Of a stretch of DNA of 64,000 nucleotides, positions 10,815-20,571 are shown piece after piece; the stretch's first letter is position 1; every line of letters starts with the position of its first letter. The stretch comes from an uncultured Gammaproteobacteria bacterium (GTDB lineage: Bacteria; Patescibacteriota; Microgenomatia; UBA8517). A program made the translations under genes and the position numbers. The notes under the pieces were generated by a model. The model was not told the origin of the DNA and searched no databases. It was given only the letters and a program-made list of their open reading frames with translations. Location of the stretch: positions 9,389 through 73,388 of the forward strand of contig CAYSJW010000033.1 of assembly GCA_964431555.1 (NCBI GenBank), given 5' to 3'.

Positions 10815-11615
10815 TTATGGTTTTATACAAAAATAGCTACCAATTATAGATAATTCACTTATTGAAATATAATCTGATATAAAAGCAGAGTGAGATCCAC
10901 CATCTAAATTAATCACATCCATTAATTCAAGATCATTTTCGATATTGATTTTTTCAATTAAGTTGGGAAGTTCTTCAAGTTTCGGACCGGAAAAATTATT
11001 GGATTCATCATATATAGCCATAAATAAAACTTTATTTTTTTTAGTTAAACCGAGAACAATTCTTCTAGAATTTTCATCGTTTTTTAGCTTTATAGTTATC
11101 TTATTTCCTTTTCTTATTAATATTGGACCACTTTGTAATGAAATTCTTGGTTTGAATATAGGGTATTCTGTAATTTCTATTTTATTCTCATAGTCTATTG
11201 AAAAATAACCATTAAATAATTGATTTTCTTCATATGGGCTTAATAATTCTCCTTGACTTACAAAAAGACCTATATGTTTACCATTTTTATCATAAAAACC
11301 TCCACTAATAAGGTGAGCGCAGTTATTAAGTGTGGCTAATTCATAAGAATTTCTTTTTTCTTTTAAATTAGAATATAAGAATATTTTTGAAGGTTCATTA
11401 ACTATAATCCAATTACTTTTATAACCTGTTTTGTTAGGTGAAAAAGTGGGTGTATTTATAATTATATTTGTTGGTAAATTTGATTGTTTTTCAATTGTTT
11501 CTTGATTGTATTTTAGATAGGAATTTTTAAAATTTGTTTTATTTTTAATAAATATAGTTACAGTAATTAAAATAGATATAAATGATGTAATTACAATTAA
11601 AAGGGTTTTTTTCAT
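10815..11615 (-). CDS. secreted/membrane-anchored phosphodiester glycosidase-like protein (DUF2233-like)
   Basis: N-terminal TM/signal segment. ISGGFYDKNGKHIGLFVSQGELL segment resembles the NAGPA/phosphodiester glycosidase family. Confidence 0.45.
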   Translation of the reverse strand: MKKTLLIVITSFISILITVTIFIKNKTNFKNSYLKYNQETIEKQSNLPTNIIINTPTFSPNKTGYKSNWIIVNEPSKIFLYSNLKEKRNSYELATLNNCAHLISGGFYDKNGKHIGLFVSQGELLSPYEENQLFNGYFSIDYENKIEITEYPIFKPRISLQSGPILIRKGNKITIKLKNDENSRRIVLGLTKKNKVLFMAIYDESNNFSGPKLEELPNLIEKINIENDLELMDVINLDGGSHSAFISDYISISELSIIGSYFCIKP

Positions 11616-11683
11616 TTACTATTTAATAAATTTGTTTAGGTTAGAATAAAAAAGTTAATATTATAATATATTATAATTTAGTC

Positions 11684-12751
11684 ATGACTAGGTTAACATA
11701 TGATGAATTAATTAAAAAGCACTTAAAAATATTAAAAAGTCTGCAATATAAAACAGGACTTTTTGCTGCATCAAAAAAAACAGTAAAAACAGGTTATGAT
11801 AAAAGTTGGTTAAGAGATAATTTTTATGAAACGATTGCTTTCGAAATAATAGGAGATTGGAAAACAGTTGAAAGAACCTATAATGCAATTTTGAAGATAT
11901 TTTTAAAATATGAATATAAAATTGACCAGGCAATAAAAGAAAAACCTGTTGAATCATTTAAAAGAATTCACGCAAGATTTAATCCTGAAACATTTGAAGA
12001 GTTTTGGGAGGAATGGGGTAACAAACAAAATGATGCTATAGGATGTATTTTATTTAGAGTCGGAGAACTTGAATATAATCAAAAAAGGTGCATCTTGAAA
12101 ACAAAAGATCATATAAGAATTATTAATAAACTTGTTCAGTATCTTCAGGCTATTGAATATTGGCATGATAAGGATTCTGGTATGTGGGAGGAGGATGAAG
12201 AATTGCACGCTTCATCTGTTGGAGCTTGTGTAGCAGGATTAAAATCTGTTTCAAGGTTATCAAGTATAGCTGTTCCAATATATTTGATTAAAAAAGGTGA
12301 AAATGCACTTAAAACATTACTTCCTCGCGAATCTGAAAAAAAATTCGTTGATTTATCTCTTTTGTCTTTAATATGGCCTTATAATGTTGTTAATGAAGAG
12401 CAAAGAAACCAGATTCTAAACAATGTTGAATATCATCTTTTAAGAGAGAGGGGTGCTATAAGATATAAGGGTGATAGATATTACAATAAGAATATCGATC
12501 ATGTATCTGAAGAAGCTGAATGGACTTTTGGATTATCATGGCTTGCTATTATCTATGAAAAAATGGGAAATATGGAAAAGGCTAAAGAACTCATAAAAGA
12601 CTTAATAGCTGTTGACACTCCCGAAGGAATGCCTGAACTCTATTTTTCAAATTCTCCTGAATATAATGAAAATACTCCCTTAGGTTGGAGTGAGTCACTT
12701 TTTATTGTTGCGTTATATGAAATGAATCAAAGAATAGAAAATATAAAGTAA
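11684..12751 (+). CDS. glycoside hydrolase family 15-like (glucoamylase-related) protein
   Basis: GLF.AS......YD.SWLRD and W.ED.E...SSVGAC.AGL segments typical of the GH15 (alpha/alpha)6 barrel. Confidence 0.6.
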   Translation: MTRLTYDELIKKHLKILKSLQYKTGLFAASKKTVKTGYDKSWLRDNFYETIAFEIIGDWKTVERTYNAILKIFLKYEYKIDQAIKEKPVESFKRIHARFNPETFEEFWEEWGNKQNDAIGCILFRVGELEYNQKRCILKTKDHIRIINKLVQYLQAIEYWHDKDSGMWEEDEELHASSVGACVAGLKSVSRLSSIAVPIYLIKKGENALKTLLPRESEKKFVDLSLLSLIWPYNVVNEEQRNQILNNVEYHLLRERGAIRYKGDRYYNKNIDHVSEEAEWTFGLSWLAIIYEKMGNMEKAKELIKDLIAVDTPEGMPELYFSNSPEYNENTPLGWSESLFIVALYEMNQRIENIK

Positions 12752-12783
12752 TAATAAATTTACTAAAATATTTTTTATTTTCT

Positions 12784-13149
12784 TCAAAGAGAATATTTAT
12801 TAACTTTTTCTACAATTTCTTCTAAATCAGTATTCGATTTTATTAAACAATCAATAGCTCCTAATTTTTTAGCTTCTTCTTTTTCGGTATCTAAATTGGT
12901 AAAAACCAAAATGGGAATATTTTTTATATAGTTTAATGATTTAATGTGTTTTAAAAATTCTAACCCGTTCATTTTTCCCGGTAGCATAATATCAAGAAGG
13001 ATTAGAGAAATTTTTGTGTTTTTAAGGATTGTTAGAGCCTGTTGAGAATCTAAAGCAAGGAAAACGATAAATCCTTTATTTCCAAGTTTTTCAGAATAAA
13101 TTCTTTGAAGATTAAGATCATCTTCTACAATCAAAATATTTTTTGACAT
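12784..13149 (-). CDS. single-domain response regulator (CheY-like receiver only)
   Basis: ILIVEDD...LLDIMLPG receiver signature with the conserved K near the C-terminus. 121 aa and no output domain. Confidence 0.8.
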   Translation of the reverse strand: MSKNILIVEDDLNLQRIYSEKLGNKGFIVFLALDSQQALTILKNTKISLILLDIMLPGKMNGLEFLKHIKSLNYIKNIPILVFTNLDTEKEEAKKLGAIDCLIKSNTDLEEIVEKVNKYSL

Positions 13150-13235
13150 TTATAGTTTAAATATATAATTGTATATATAATTTTTCAATAATTTAATAAT
13201 TGATGATAAAATTTTAAAATTGTAATATAAATATA

Positions 13236-13610
13236 ATGAGAGAAAAATTTATAGGATACATATTATTAATTTTAGGGATCTCTGTTATTTTTTTCAGCAT
13301 ATTTAATGTTTATTTTCTTTTTTCAAAAAAGATTAAGCCGTTTGAAGTTTTCGATCTTCCTGCCATTACTCTTGATTTAAGTGGATTAATGCAGTCAAAT
13401 ATCCAAGAAAGTCAATTACCTCCTGAAGCAAACTTGAATACGGAGTTGGTGAAAAAGGAAATATTAAATGATCCCTTAAATTTAATTGCTAACATTATTT
13501 TATATGGTTTTTTTGTAAATTCTGGTTTTAAAATAGCCTCACTCGGAATACTACTTTTACGGCCTATTAAAGTTGATATAAAAGAAGATAAATCATTTTT
13601 AACTAAATAA
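13236..13610 (+). CDS. hypothetical 2-TM membrane protein
   Basis: 124 aa with an N-terminal and an internal hydrophobic helix. Confidence 0.35.
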   Translation: MREKFIGYILLILGISVIFFSIFNVYFLFSKKIKPFEVFDLPAITLDLSGLMQSNIQESQLPPEANLNTELVKKEILNDPLNLIANIILYGFFVNSGFKIASLGILLLRPIKVDIKEDKSFLTK

Positions 13611-13740
13611 TGTCTTAAATAAATCTTGTGATCTTTTTGAGCGGGCAATAATTTATTCCTAATATTTATCTAATTATTGAAAAATTATCTTTTGATTATG
13701 ATTAGAGTTCAAGAAATGAGATTTAATTTTATAATTTATT

Positions 13741-14655
13741 TTAGAGATCTCTAACTTCTTTCGTTTGAAGATCAATTTCACACTCATATATGTTATCTGT
13801 AGTTGCAGCTCCTAATATATTCTCATATTTACATATAAGTTTACTCTTATCAGCTGAAAAACCAACAATTTCGTATCTTCTGAGTTGACCTGATGGAACA
13901 AAATTACTAGTTAAATCATTTTCTTTTGAATTTTCTATATCATATTCAAAGATATTTATAGGTGTAGTTTTTGCTGCAGTATTTATGTAATATATATATT
14001 TACTGTCGTTAGACCAAAGACAATTTTGTCTGTTAGTTGAAACTTTTTTTACATTCTGTCCATCAATATCTGCTAAATATAAGGCTGGTTCTGGTGAAGG
14101 AGACCAAGATTCAAAGCAAATATTTTTCTCATCAGGAGAAACTATTACCTTTAAAAATCCTGTAATTCCTGTGGAAGGATAGTTAGATTTGTCAATTAAT
14201 ATTGTAGTTTGACCATCAGGTTTTTCCATAACAACATTACCGTTTTTTATTTTTATCCAGGATGGAGTGAATTTGGGAGTCGGTGATACTTCTGGATATG
14301 TAAAGTTTGAATTGTTATTAATACTTTTTGTTTTCAATTTTTTGTTTTGAAAATACATGTAAAATACACTTCCCCAGATAATAGTAATTAAAACTAACCC
14401 CAATATTATAAAGATTTTAAAACCTCTACCGTTAACTTGGGTTTTATGAGGACCAACAATCATATCTGAGGTAATTTCATTTGGTTTTGGTGCAATAATA
14501 TCTTCTTTTTCAGCATTCATAATATTATTGTTAAGATTTTTTTCAATTAATGGGTTTAAATTATTCTTTGACTCGTTTGGATTTGTAGAATTTTGGCTAT
14601 TTTCTGAAAGCCAATCAGAATTATTATTCATATCTTTTTTTGTTTCTGGGTCCAT
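13741..14655 (-). CDS. hypothetical membrane-anchored extracytoplasmic protein (Asn-rich disordered N-terminus, one TM, beta-rich ectodomain)
   Basis: Low-complexity N-terminus. TM helix (FKIFIILGLVLITIIWGSVFYMYF). Beta-rich C-terminal domain, possibly propeller-like. Confidence 0.45.
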   Translation of the reverse strand: MDPETKKDMNNNSDWLSENSQNSTNPNESKNNLNPLIEKNLNNNIMNAEKEDIIAPKPNEITSDMIVGPHKTQVNGRGFKIFIILGLVLITIIWGSVFYMYFQNKKLKTKSINNNSNFTYPEVSPTPKFTPSWIKIKNGNVVMEKPDGQTTILIDKSNYPSTGITGFLKVIVSPDEKNICFESWSPSPEPALYLADIDGQNVKKVSTNRQNCLWSNDSKYIYYINTAAKTTPINIFEYDIENSKENDLTSNFVPSGQLRRYEIVGFSADKSKLICKYENILGAATTDNIYECEIDLQTKEVRDL

Positions 14656-14730
14656 TATTATTCAATATATAATAATTGCAACATTTAAGTAAATAAGCAG
14701 GTTTATTGTTTTAGTTGTATAATAAATAAA

Positions 14731-15462
14731 ATGGATAATCTTATTGAATTTCTAAAAAATCTTAAAAATAAAAAAATGCTTCTTATCTTTCCTCATCCAG
14801 ACGACGAAGCTTATGTATCGGGAGGATTACTTCAAGTTGCTCAAGAACTTTCCATACACACTAAATTAATATGTTTAACTAAAGGTGGGAGGGGTTTACT
14901 ACCCAAGAATAGAATAAAAGCGAAATTAATAAAAGATATTAGAATAAAGGAGTTAGAAAGGGCCTGTGAAATTTTGGGAGTAGATGAAAAAACCGTCTGG
15001 GATTATCCCGACGGAGGACTTTATTCAGAAGTAAATAAATGGCTTCCCGAATTAAAGAAAGAAATAGATAAATTTGAACCTTCAATTTTGGTAACTTTTG
15101 ATCCAAGCGGAATTACAGGTCATCCTGATCACCTTGTTGTGAATCATAAGGTAACAGAATATATTTTTTCATTAGATAAAAGGCCGATTCTGTTTCTTAG
15201 AGTTCCTGATAAGCAAGAGTATGGATTTTTTAAAAATAATAAACAATTAAGCATTGCATCAAAACCTACTCATGAATTAAATTATTCCTTTAAGATTTCA
15301 ATAAACAAAATTAAAGCAATTCTTGCTCATAAAAGTCAAATAAAAAGTTTATTTTTCAAATTGCACATTTTTGAATGGTTGTTATTTGATCATAAAGAAC
15401 TTTATCATCTTGTTGACTATGATAATGAAAAACATATACAATTTGATTTTGTAAAATGTTAG
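14731..15462 (+). CDS. PIG-L/LmbE family N-acetylglucosaminyl deacetylase
   Basis: LLIFPHPDDE motif followed by HPDH. Confidence 0.8.
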   Translation: MDNLIEFLKNLKNKKMLLIFPHPDDEAYVSGGLLQVAQELSIHTKLICLTKGGRGLLPKNRIKAKLIKDIRIKELERACEILGVDEKTVWDYPDGGLYSEVNKWLPELKKEIDKFEPSILVTFDPSGITGHPDHLVVNHKVTEYIFSLDKRPILFLRVPDKQEYGFFKNNKQLSIASKPTHELNYSFKISINKIKAILAHKSQIKSLFFKLHIFEWLLFDHKELYHLVDYDNEKHIQFDFVKC

Positions 15463-15680
15463 AAAATATTAAGCTTTTTGCTATCTTATTTTTTATTTCC
15501 ATGGCTTTTATATTTGCACTACAAAAAAAAGGTGGTAATCCGATAATTATACCCGGCGATATATACATAAGAAAAAACCAAAAATATATTTATATCCCAA
15601 TTAGTTCTACTTTTTTGCTAACATTAATAATTTATATAATTCTTAGTTCGTTAAAAAGAAAATTTGGTTTATATTAACTT

Positions 15681-16301
15681 ATGAAATTTAATCTACCAAA
15701 ACTTCCATATAAATATAACGCTCTTGAACCCTATATTGATGAACAGACTATGATAATACATCATACAAAACATCACAAAACGTATCTTGACAATCTAAAT
15801 AATCTAATTGAGAAGGAAAATATAAGGTTCAGAACTGTAGAAGATATTCTAAAAAATATAGATAAAATAAATCCTTCAATAAGGCAGGGAGTAATAAATA
15901 ACGGTGGCGGGCATGCAAACCATTGTTTATATTGGAAAATTATGTCTCCAAAAAAAACAATTTTGGAAGGATCATTAAAAGAAGCTATAGATAATACATT
16001 TGGCTCACTATCAAATTTTAAACAAAAATTTATAGAAAAATCTTTAAATCTTTTTGGTAGTGGTTGGGTATTTTTGATTTCAGATAAAAATGGAAAAATT
16101 TCATTAAAAAGGCACTCTTTTCAGAATTCTCCTTTATCAAAAGGTTTCTATCCAATCATAACTATTGACCTTTGGGAACACGCATATTACTTAAAGTATC
16201 AAAATAGAAAAGCGGACTACATCAACGCTTGGATTAATGTTATAAACTGGGAGGAAGCGAGAAAAAATTACGAAAGTGTTATTCACTCAAAAATTAAATG
16301 A
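15681..16301 (+). CDS. sodA: Fe/Mn superoxide dismutase
   Basis: LPKLPY.Y.ALEP.ID..TM..HH.KHH N-terminus. C-terminal D..WEHAYY motif. Confidence 0.92.
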   Translation: MKFNLPKLPYKYNALEPYIDEQTMIIHHTKHHKTYLDNLNNLIEKENIRFRTVEDILKNIDKINPSIRQGVINNGGGHANHCLYWKIMSPKKTILEGSLKEAIDNTFGSLSNFKQKFIEKSLNLFGSGWVFLISDKNGKISLKRHSFQNSPLSKGFYPIITIDLWEHAYYLKYQNRKADYINAWINVINWEEARKNYESVIHSKIK

Positions 16302-17056
16302 TTAGTATTGTTATGGCCAAAAACAGGAAGGTAAATAAAAAAAATTTAGAAAAGAATTTAAAAAAAATAGGTAGTTCTTTAAATAAAAATGGTAATTTAT
16401 TAAAAAAATCTAAAAATAAGAGAGACAAAAATTTACCATTATTCAAAAAAATAGAGAACTTAATTCAGGATTTTAAAAGATTAAGATTTTTTAAATTAAT
16501 CTTTTTGTTAATGTTGCTTTTGGTATTTATATATTTTGGGAGAAGTATATTGTTTGCCGCAATAGTAAATGGTAAACCAATTTTAAGATTAAAATTAATT
16601 AATGAACTTGAAAAACAAGCAGGTCAAAAAGTTTTGGACACTTTAATAACGAAAAAGTTGATTGAAGATGAAGCTAAAAAAAGAGGTGTAAATGTTAGTG
16701 ATGTTGACATAAGTAATGAAATAGAAAAAATAAAGAACGCTTTAAAAGAACAAGGAATAAATTTAGACGATGCATTAGCCATGCAAGGTATGAACTACGA
16801 CTCGCTAAACGATAATATAAAAATGCAATTAATTATTGAACGTTTAATATCTGATAATATAAACATTAACGATAACGAAATTAAGGATTATTATGAAAAA
16901 AACAAATCATTTTATAATGAAAGTGTTAAGTTTGATGATATTAAAGATCAAATCAAAGATCAAATTTTTCAAGATAAACTACCTGAAGAATATCAAAAAC
17001 TTATAGAAAGATTGAGAAATGAGGGAAGTATTATTTATTTTATGAATTTTCAATAA
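16298..17056 (+). CDS. membrane-anchored SurA-N-terminal-domain-like chaperone (no PPIase domain)
   Basis: Lys-rich N-terminus and a TM. Then a VNG.PI.......E.........L..LI...L region like the SurA N-domain. Confidence 0.5.
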   Translation: MISIVMAKNRKVNKKNLEKNLKKIGSSLNKNGNLLKKSKNKRDKNLPLFKKIENLIQDFKRLRFFKLIFLLMLLLVFIYFGRSILFAAIVNGKPILRLKLINELEKQAGQKVLDTLITKKLIEDEAKKRGVNVSDVDISNEIEKIKNALKEQGINLDDALAMQGMNYDSLNDNIKMQLIIERLISDNININDNEIKDYYEKNKSFYNESVKFDDIKDQIKDQIFQDKLPEEYQKLIERLRNEGSIIYFMNFQ

Positions 17057-17123
17057 ATTCTTCAAAATAGAACTTCTTTATTTTAATAATTAAATTGTAT
17101 TTCAGTGAATAAACATAAAAACC

Positions 17124-17639
17124 ATGTATAATAAAAGTATGAGAATAATGGGAATTGACCCCGGAACAGCTACAACAGGTTATGGGATAGTTGATATTAA
17201 AAAATCATCCGAACCTCAAGTTATTGAATGGGGTCTTATTGAAACAGAAAAAAACGGCGATATTGAAAAAAGACTAAATATTATTTATAAAGTTGCAAGT
17301 AAGTTAATTAAAAATATTAAGCCTGACATATTTGTTATGGAAAAAGTATTTTTTGCAACTAACGCAAAAACAGTTATATCTGTAGGTCAAGCACAAGGGG
17401 TTTTACTTCTCGCTGCTTCGAAAGCGAAAATTAAGGTAATTGAATATGCTCCTGGTACTATAAAGAAAACTATTACTGGTGATGGAAGAGCTAAGAAAAA
17501 AGATATTCAAAAATCTCTTAGAAAAATGCTCGGTAATCATGTAAGAAGTAAAAAACATCAAAAAACCCATTTTGATGACGCTGCAGATGCGATAGCCGTT
17601 GCACTAACACATGCAATATTATCAATAAACAGAAAATAA
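17124..17639 (+). CDS. ruvC: Holliday junction resolvase RuvC
   Basis: MRIMGIDPGTATTGYGIV N-terminus. Catalytic acidic residues conserved. Confidence 0.9.
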   Translation: MYNKSMRIMGIDPGTATTGYGIVDIKKSSEPQVIEWGLIETEKNGDIEKRLNIIYKVASKLIKNIKPDIFVMEKVFFATNAKTVISVGQAQGVLLLAASKAKIKVIEYAPGTIKKTITGDGRAKKKDIQKSLRKMLGNHVRSKKHQKTHFDDAADAIAVALTHAILSINRK

Positions 17640-17745
17640 ATATATTAAATGTTAATTTTAATATTCTTATAATAAAATTTTAAAATTTTTAATTTAATTT
17701 AATATAATATAAGGAAGACACGTTTTAAACTATCTTATAAAGGAG

Positions 17746-18009
17746 GTGAATAAAATGACTGATTTTAAGATAGGAAAGGTAACACACTATTATGATAAAA
17801 TTGGAGTCGCAGTTGTAGAACTTGATTCAGAAATTAGTGTGGGTGACAAAATAAAATTTGTAAGAGGTGATGAAGATCTTTTTGAACAAGAAGTTAGTTC
17901 AATGCAGGTTGAGCATAATCAAATAGAAAAAGCGAAAAAAGGTGATATTGTAGGATTAAAAACAGATCAACCTGTTAAAGAAGGTGCCGAAATATATAAG
18001 ATCACGTAA
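17746..18009 (+). CDS. small beta-barrel protein resembling EF-Tu domain 2
   Basis: Consensus SD AAAGGAGGTG sits immediately upstream. The likely start is the internal ATG (MTDFK...). Repeated G-D/K-I-x-F/G pattern of a translation-factor-like barrel. Confidence 0.5.
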   Translation: MNKMTDFKIGKVTHYYDKIGVAVVELDSEISVGDKIKFVRGDEDLFEQEVSSMQVEHNQIEKAKKGDIVGLKTDQPVKEGAEIYKIT

Positions 18010-18052
18010 TTTTTTTGGGATATACTACTTAAATATTTAGTTTTTAAATTTA

Positions 18053-18466
18053 ATGTTACGTAAAGATTGTGAAAAAAATATTAAGTGGGAAAAATCTACA
18101 GATGTAAAGAATAGGGTTGAAAAATTAATAAAAGTTTTAAATTTTAATTGGATAAAAACTGCCAACCTTCATTTTGTCAAATCAAAAAATGCAAATACTC
18201 AAGCTTATGCAAGAATTTGGGGATTACCTAAACTTTGGCAATTAATTTTAAAAGAAAAACCTAATTACATTATTGAGGTAATCAGTGAAAAGTTCGATAA
18301 ACTTAGTGAAAAAGAAAAAGATAGAGTATTAATACATGAATTAGCCCATATACCAAAAAATTTTTCCGGCAGTCTACTTAGTCATATTAAGAAAAAGGGC
18401 AAAAGGAATTTTAATGATAAAGTAAATAAATATATTAAGATGTATTTTAAGCAAAAAAAATTTTAA
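18053..18466 (+). CDS. putative Zn-metallohydrolase, YgjP/SprT-like (HExxH)
   Basis: RIWGLPKLW...VLIHELAHIPKNFSGS resembles the DUF45/YgjP motif (rrWGSC...HELaHl.e.nHs). Confidence 0.45.
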   Translation: MLRKDCEKNIKWEKSTDVKNRVEKLIKVLNFNWIKTANLHFVKSKNANTQAYARIWGLPKLWQLILKEKPNYIIEVISEKFDKLSEKEKDRVLIHELAHIPKNFSGSLLSHIKKKGKRNFNDKVNKYIKMYFKQKKF

Positions 18467-18478
18467 AATATTTATTTT

Positions 18479-19153
18479 ATGAATACCTATCTTATACATG
18501 GTGACCACGTTGTAAAATCAAATTCAAAATTAATAAGTTTTATAAATTTGTTCAGAAAAAAAAATATAGATATACAATTTATTGATGATTATTTACCTAA
18601 CATTAAAGAAATAGTTCTTAATCTATCACTTTTTTCAGAAAATAAATTAATTATTATTAAAAACAATAAATATCTAAATAAAAGTTTCCTTTCATGGCTA
18701 AATAAATGTATTGAACTAAAGAATGTTTATGTATTAATGTTTTATGAAACGACGATTTCTCCAAAAAAGTTAAAAAAGTTTCCAAAAAATACAAAAATCA
18801 TGGAATTTAAATTACCAAGATATATCTGGAATTTTTTGAACTCATTTTTTCCAGGCAATCTAAAAAATACATATAGGTTTTTTCTTGAGACATTGAAATA
18901 TGAACCTATAGAAATTATTTTTTCAATGTTGTCGAGGCATCTCAGAGACATATATTGGGCGAAATTTGAACCAGAGTCAATGTATTATCCCTCATGGAGA
19001 ATAGCTAAACTAAAGAATTTAGCTATAAAATATAATAAAGATACCCTTGAATCTTTAATTAATGACATGATCTTGGCTGATATTAATTCAAAAACATCAA
19101 AAGCTGAATTATCTAACTCACTTGATTTTATTATGATAAAGTATTTAGAATAA
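18479..19153 (+). CDS. DNA polymerase III delta subunit-like (HolA-like)
   Basis: YLIHGDH N-terminus resembles the yllyGeD start of HolA. 224 aa, shorter than usual. Confidence 0.35.
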   Translation: MNTYLIHGDHVVKSNSKLISFINLFRKKNIDIQFIDDYLPNIKEIVLNLSLFSENKLIIIKNNKYLNKSFLSWLNKCIELKNVYVLMFYETTISPKKLKKFPKNTKIMEFKLPRYIWNFLNSFFPGNLKNTYRFFLETLKYEPIEIIFSMLSRHLRDIYWAKFEPESMYYPSWRIAKLKNLAIKYNKDTLESLINDMILADINSKTSKAELSNSLDFIMIKYLE

Positions 19154-19164
19154 AATTCCATTAT

Positions 19165-20520
19165 ATGATTGTAGATACTACAATATTTAAAGGCTATGAT
19201 ATCCGAGGGGTATATCCTGAATCGATCAATGAAGAAATTGCTTATAAAATAGGATATGCCTATGCTTCTTTAAATAAGCCAAAAAAAGAAGTATTAGTTG
19301 GCCACGATGTAAGAATTCACTCAAAATCTTTAAAAGATCAAATAGTAAAAGGCTTAACTGATGCAGGAGCTAGTGTAATAGATGTAGGATGGATTTCAAC
19401 TGATATGTTGTATTTTGGAGTGGGTTATTATAAAACTGATGGTGGAATTGCTGTTACTGCTTCTCATAATCCTCCGGAATGGCATGGAGCAAAAATGGTT
19501 AAAGCAAATGTTATTCCAATGACACTGGAAACTGGAATAGGAGATATCAGAGATTTTATAGTAAAATATAAAAAGTACTCGATAGTTAAAAAGGGTTCTG
19601 TAAGAAGGTACAGCAATATATTAGATGATTATTCAAAATACATTTTATCATGGATTAATCCAAATAAGATTAAACCATTTAGAATTGTCATAAATCCAAA
19701 TTTCGGTTATGGAGGATTGATTTTTAAAAATATAGTTAAACTAGGAAATTTACCTCTAGAGATAATTGAATTAAATTGCGAACCTGATGGAAATTTTCCG
19801 AAAGGAAGACCTGATCCTTTTATTCCAGAAAATAGGATTGAATTTTCCCACCTAGTTAAATCTTCAAATGCTGATTTGGGAATTACTTGGGATGCGGATT
19901 CTGATAGAGTATTTTTCTGCGCTGATGGTGGTTTATTTGTAGTACCATATCATTTAAATACTCTTCTTATAGAATATATGCTTAAGAAGAATAAAGGTAG
20001 AAAAGTAATTTATGATATTAGATATACATGGGGGTTATTAGATTCTATAAAAAAATACGGTGGTAAACCTGTAATGTGTCGAGTTGGTCACTCGTATATA
20101 AAGGAGAAAATGAGAGAGGTAAACGCGCTTTTTGCTGTTGAGTCAAGTGGTCATACATATTACAGGGATTATTGGTATTCAGATTGTGGAATGATACCTC
20201 CTTTACAAATTTTGGAATATCTTTCTGAGAAAAGTGAAAAACTTTCAAAAATTATTAAGCCAGTTATAATAAAATATCCAATATACGATGAAGTAAATTC
20301 TGAAGTAAAAGATAAAGAAGCGAAAATTGAGGAAATTGCCAAAAAATATAAAGGTGGAAAACAATCAAGACTTGATGGAATTTGTGTAGAATACGATGAT
20401 TTTAGATTTGTAGTAAGACCTTCCAATACAGAATCTTTGTTAAGATTAACTCTGGAAGCTAAAAATGAAAAAATAGTTAAAGAAAAAGTTGATGAATTAT
20501 TGAAAATAATAAGATCATAA
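19165..20520 (+). CDS. phosphoglucomutase/phosphomannomutase
   Basis: Active-site TASHNP motif, Mg-binding DADSDR, 451 aa. Confidence 0.9.
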   Translation: MIVDTTIFKGYDIRGVYPESINEEIAYKIGYAYASLNKPKKEVLVGHDVRIHSKSLKDQIVKGLTDAGASVIDVGWISTDMLYFGVGYYKTDGGIAVTASHNPPEWHGAKMVKANVIPMTLETGIGDIRDFIVKYKKYSIVKKGSVRRYSNILDDYSKYILSWINPNKIKPFRIVINPNFGYGGLIFKNIVKLGNLPLEIIELNCEPDGNFPKGRPDPFIPENRIEFSHLVKSSNADLGITWDADSDRVFFCADGGLFVVPYHLNTLLIEYMLKKNKGRKVIYDIRYTWGLLDSIKKYGGKPVMCRVGHSYIKEKMREVNALFAVESSGHTYYRDYWYSDCGMIPPLQILEYLSEKSEKLSKIIKPVIIKYPIYDEVNSEVKDKEAKIEEIAKKYKGGKQSRLDGICVEYDDFRFVVRPSNTESLLRLTLEAKNEKIVKEKVDELLKIIRS

Positions 20521-20571
20521 ATTAATTTAGTTTTGTTATTATTTAGAAGTTTATAGATTTAAAATTTAAAA

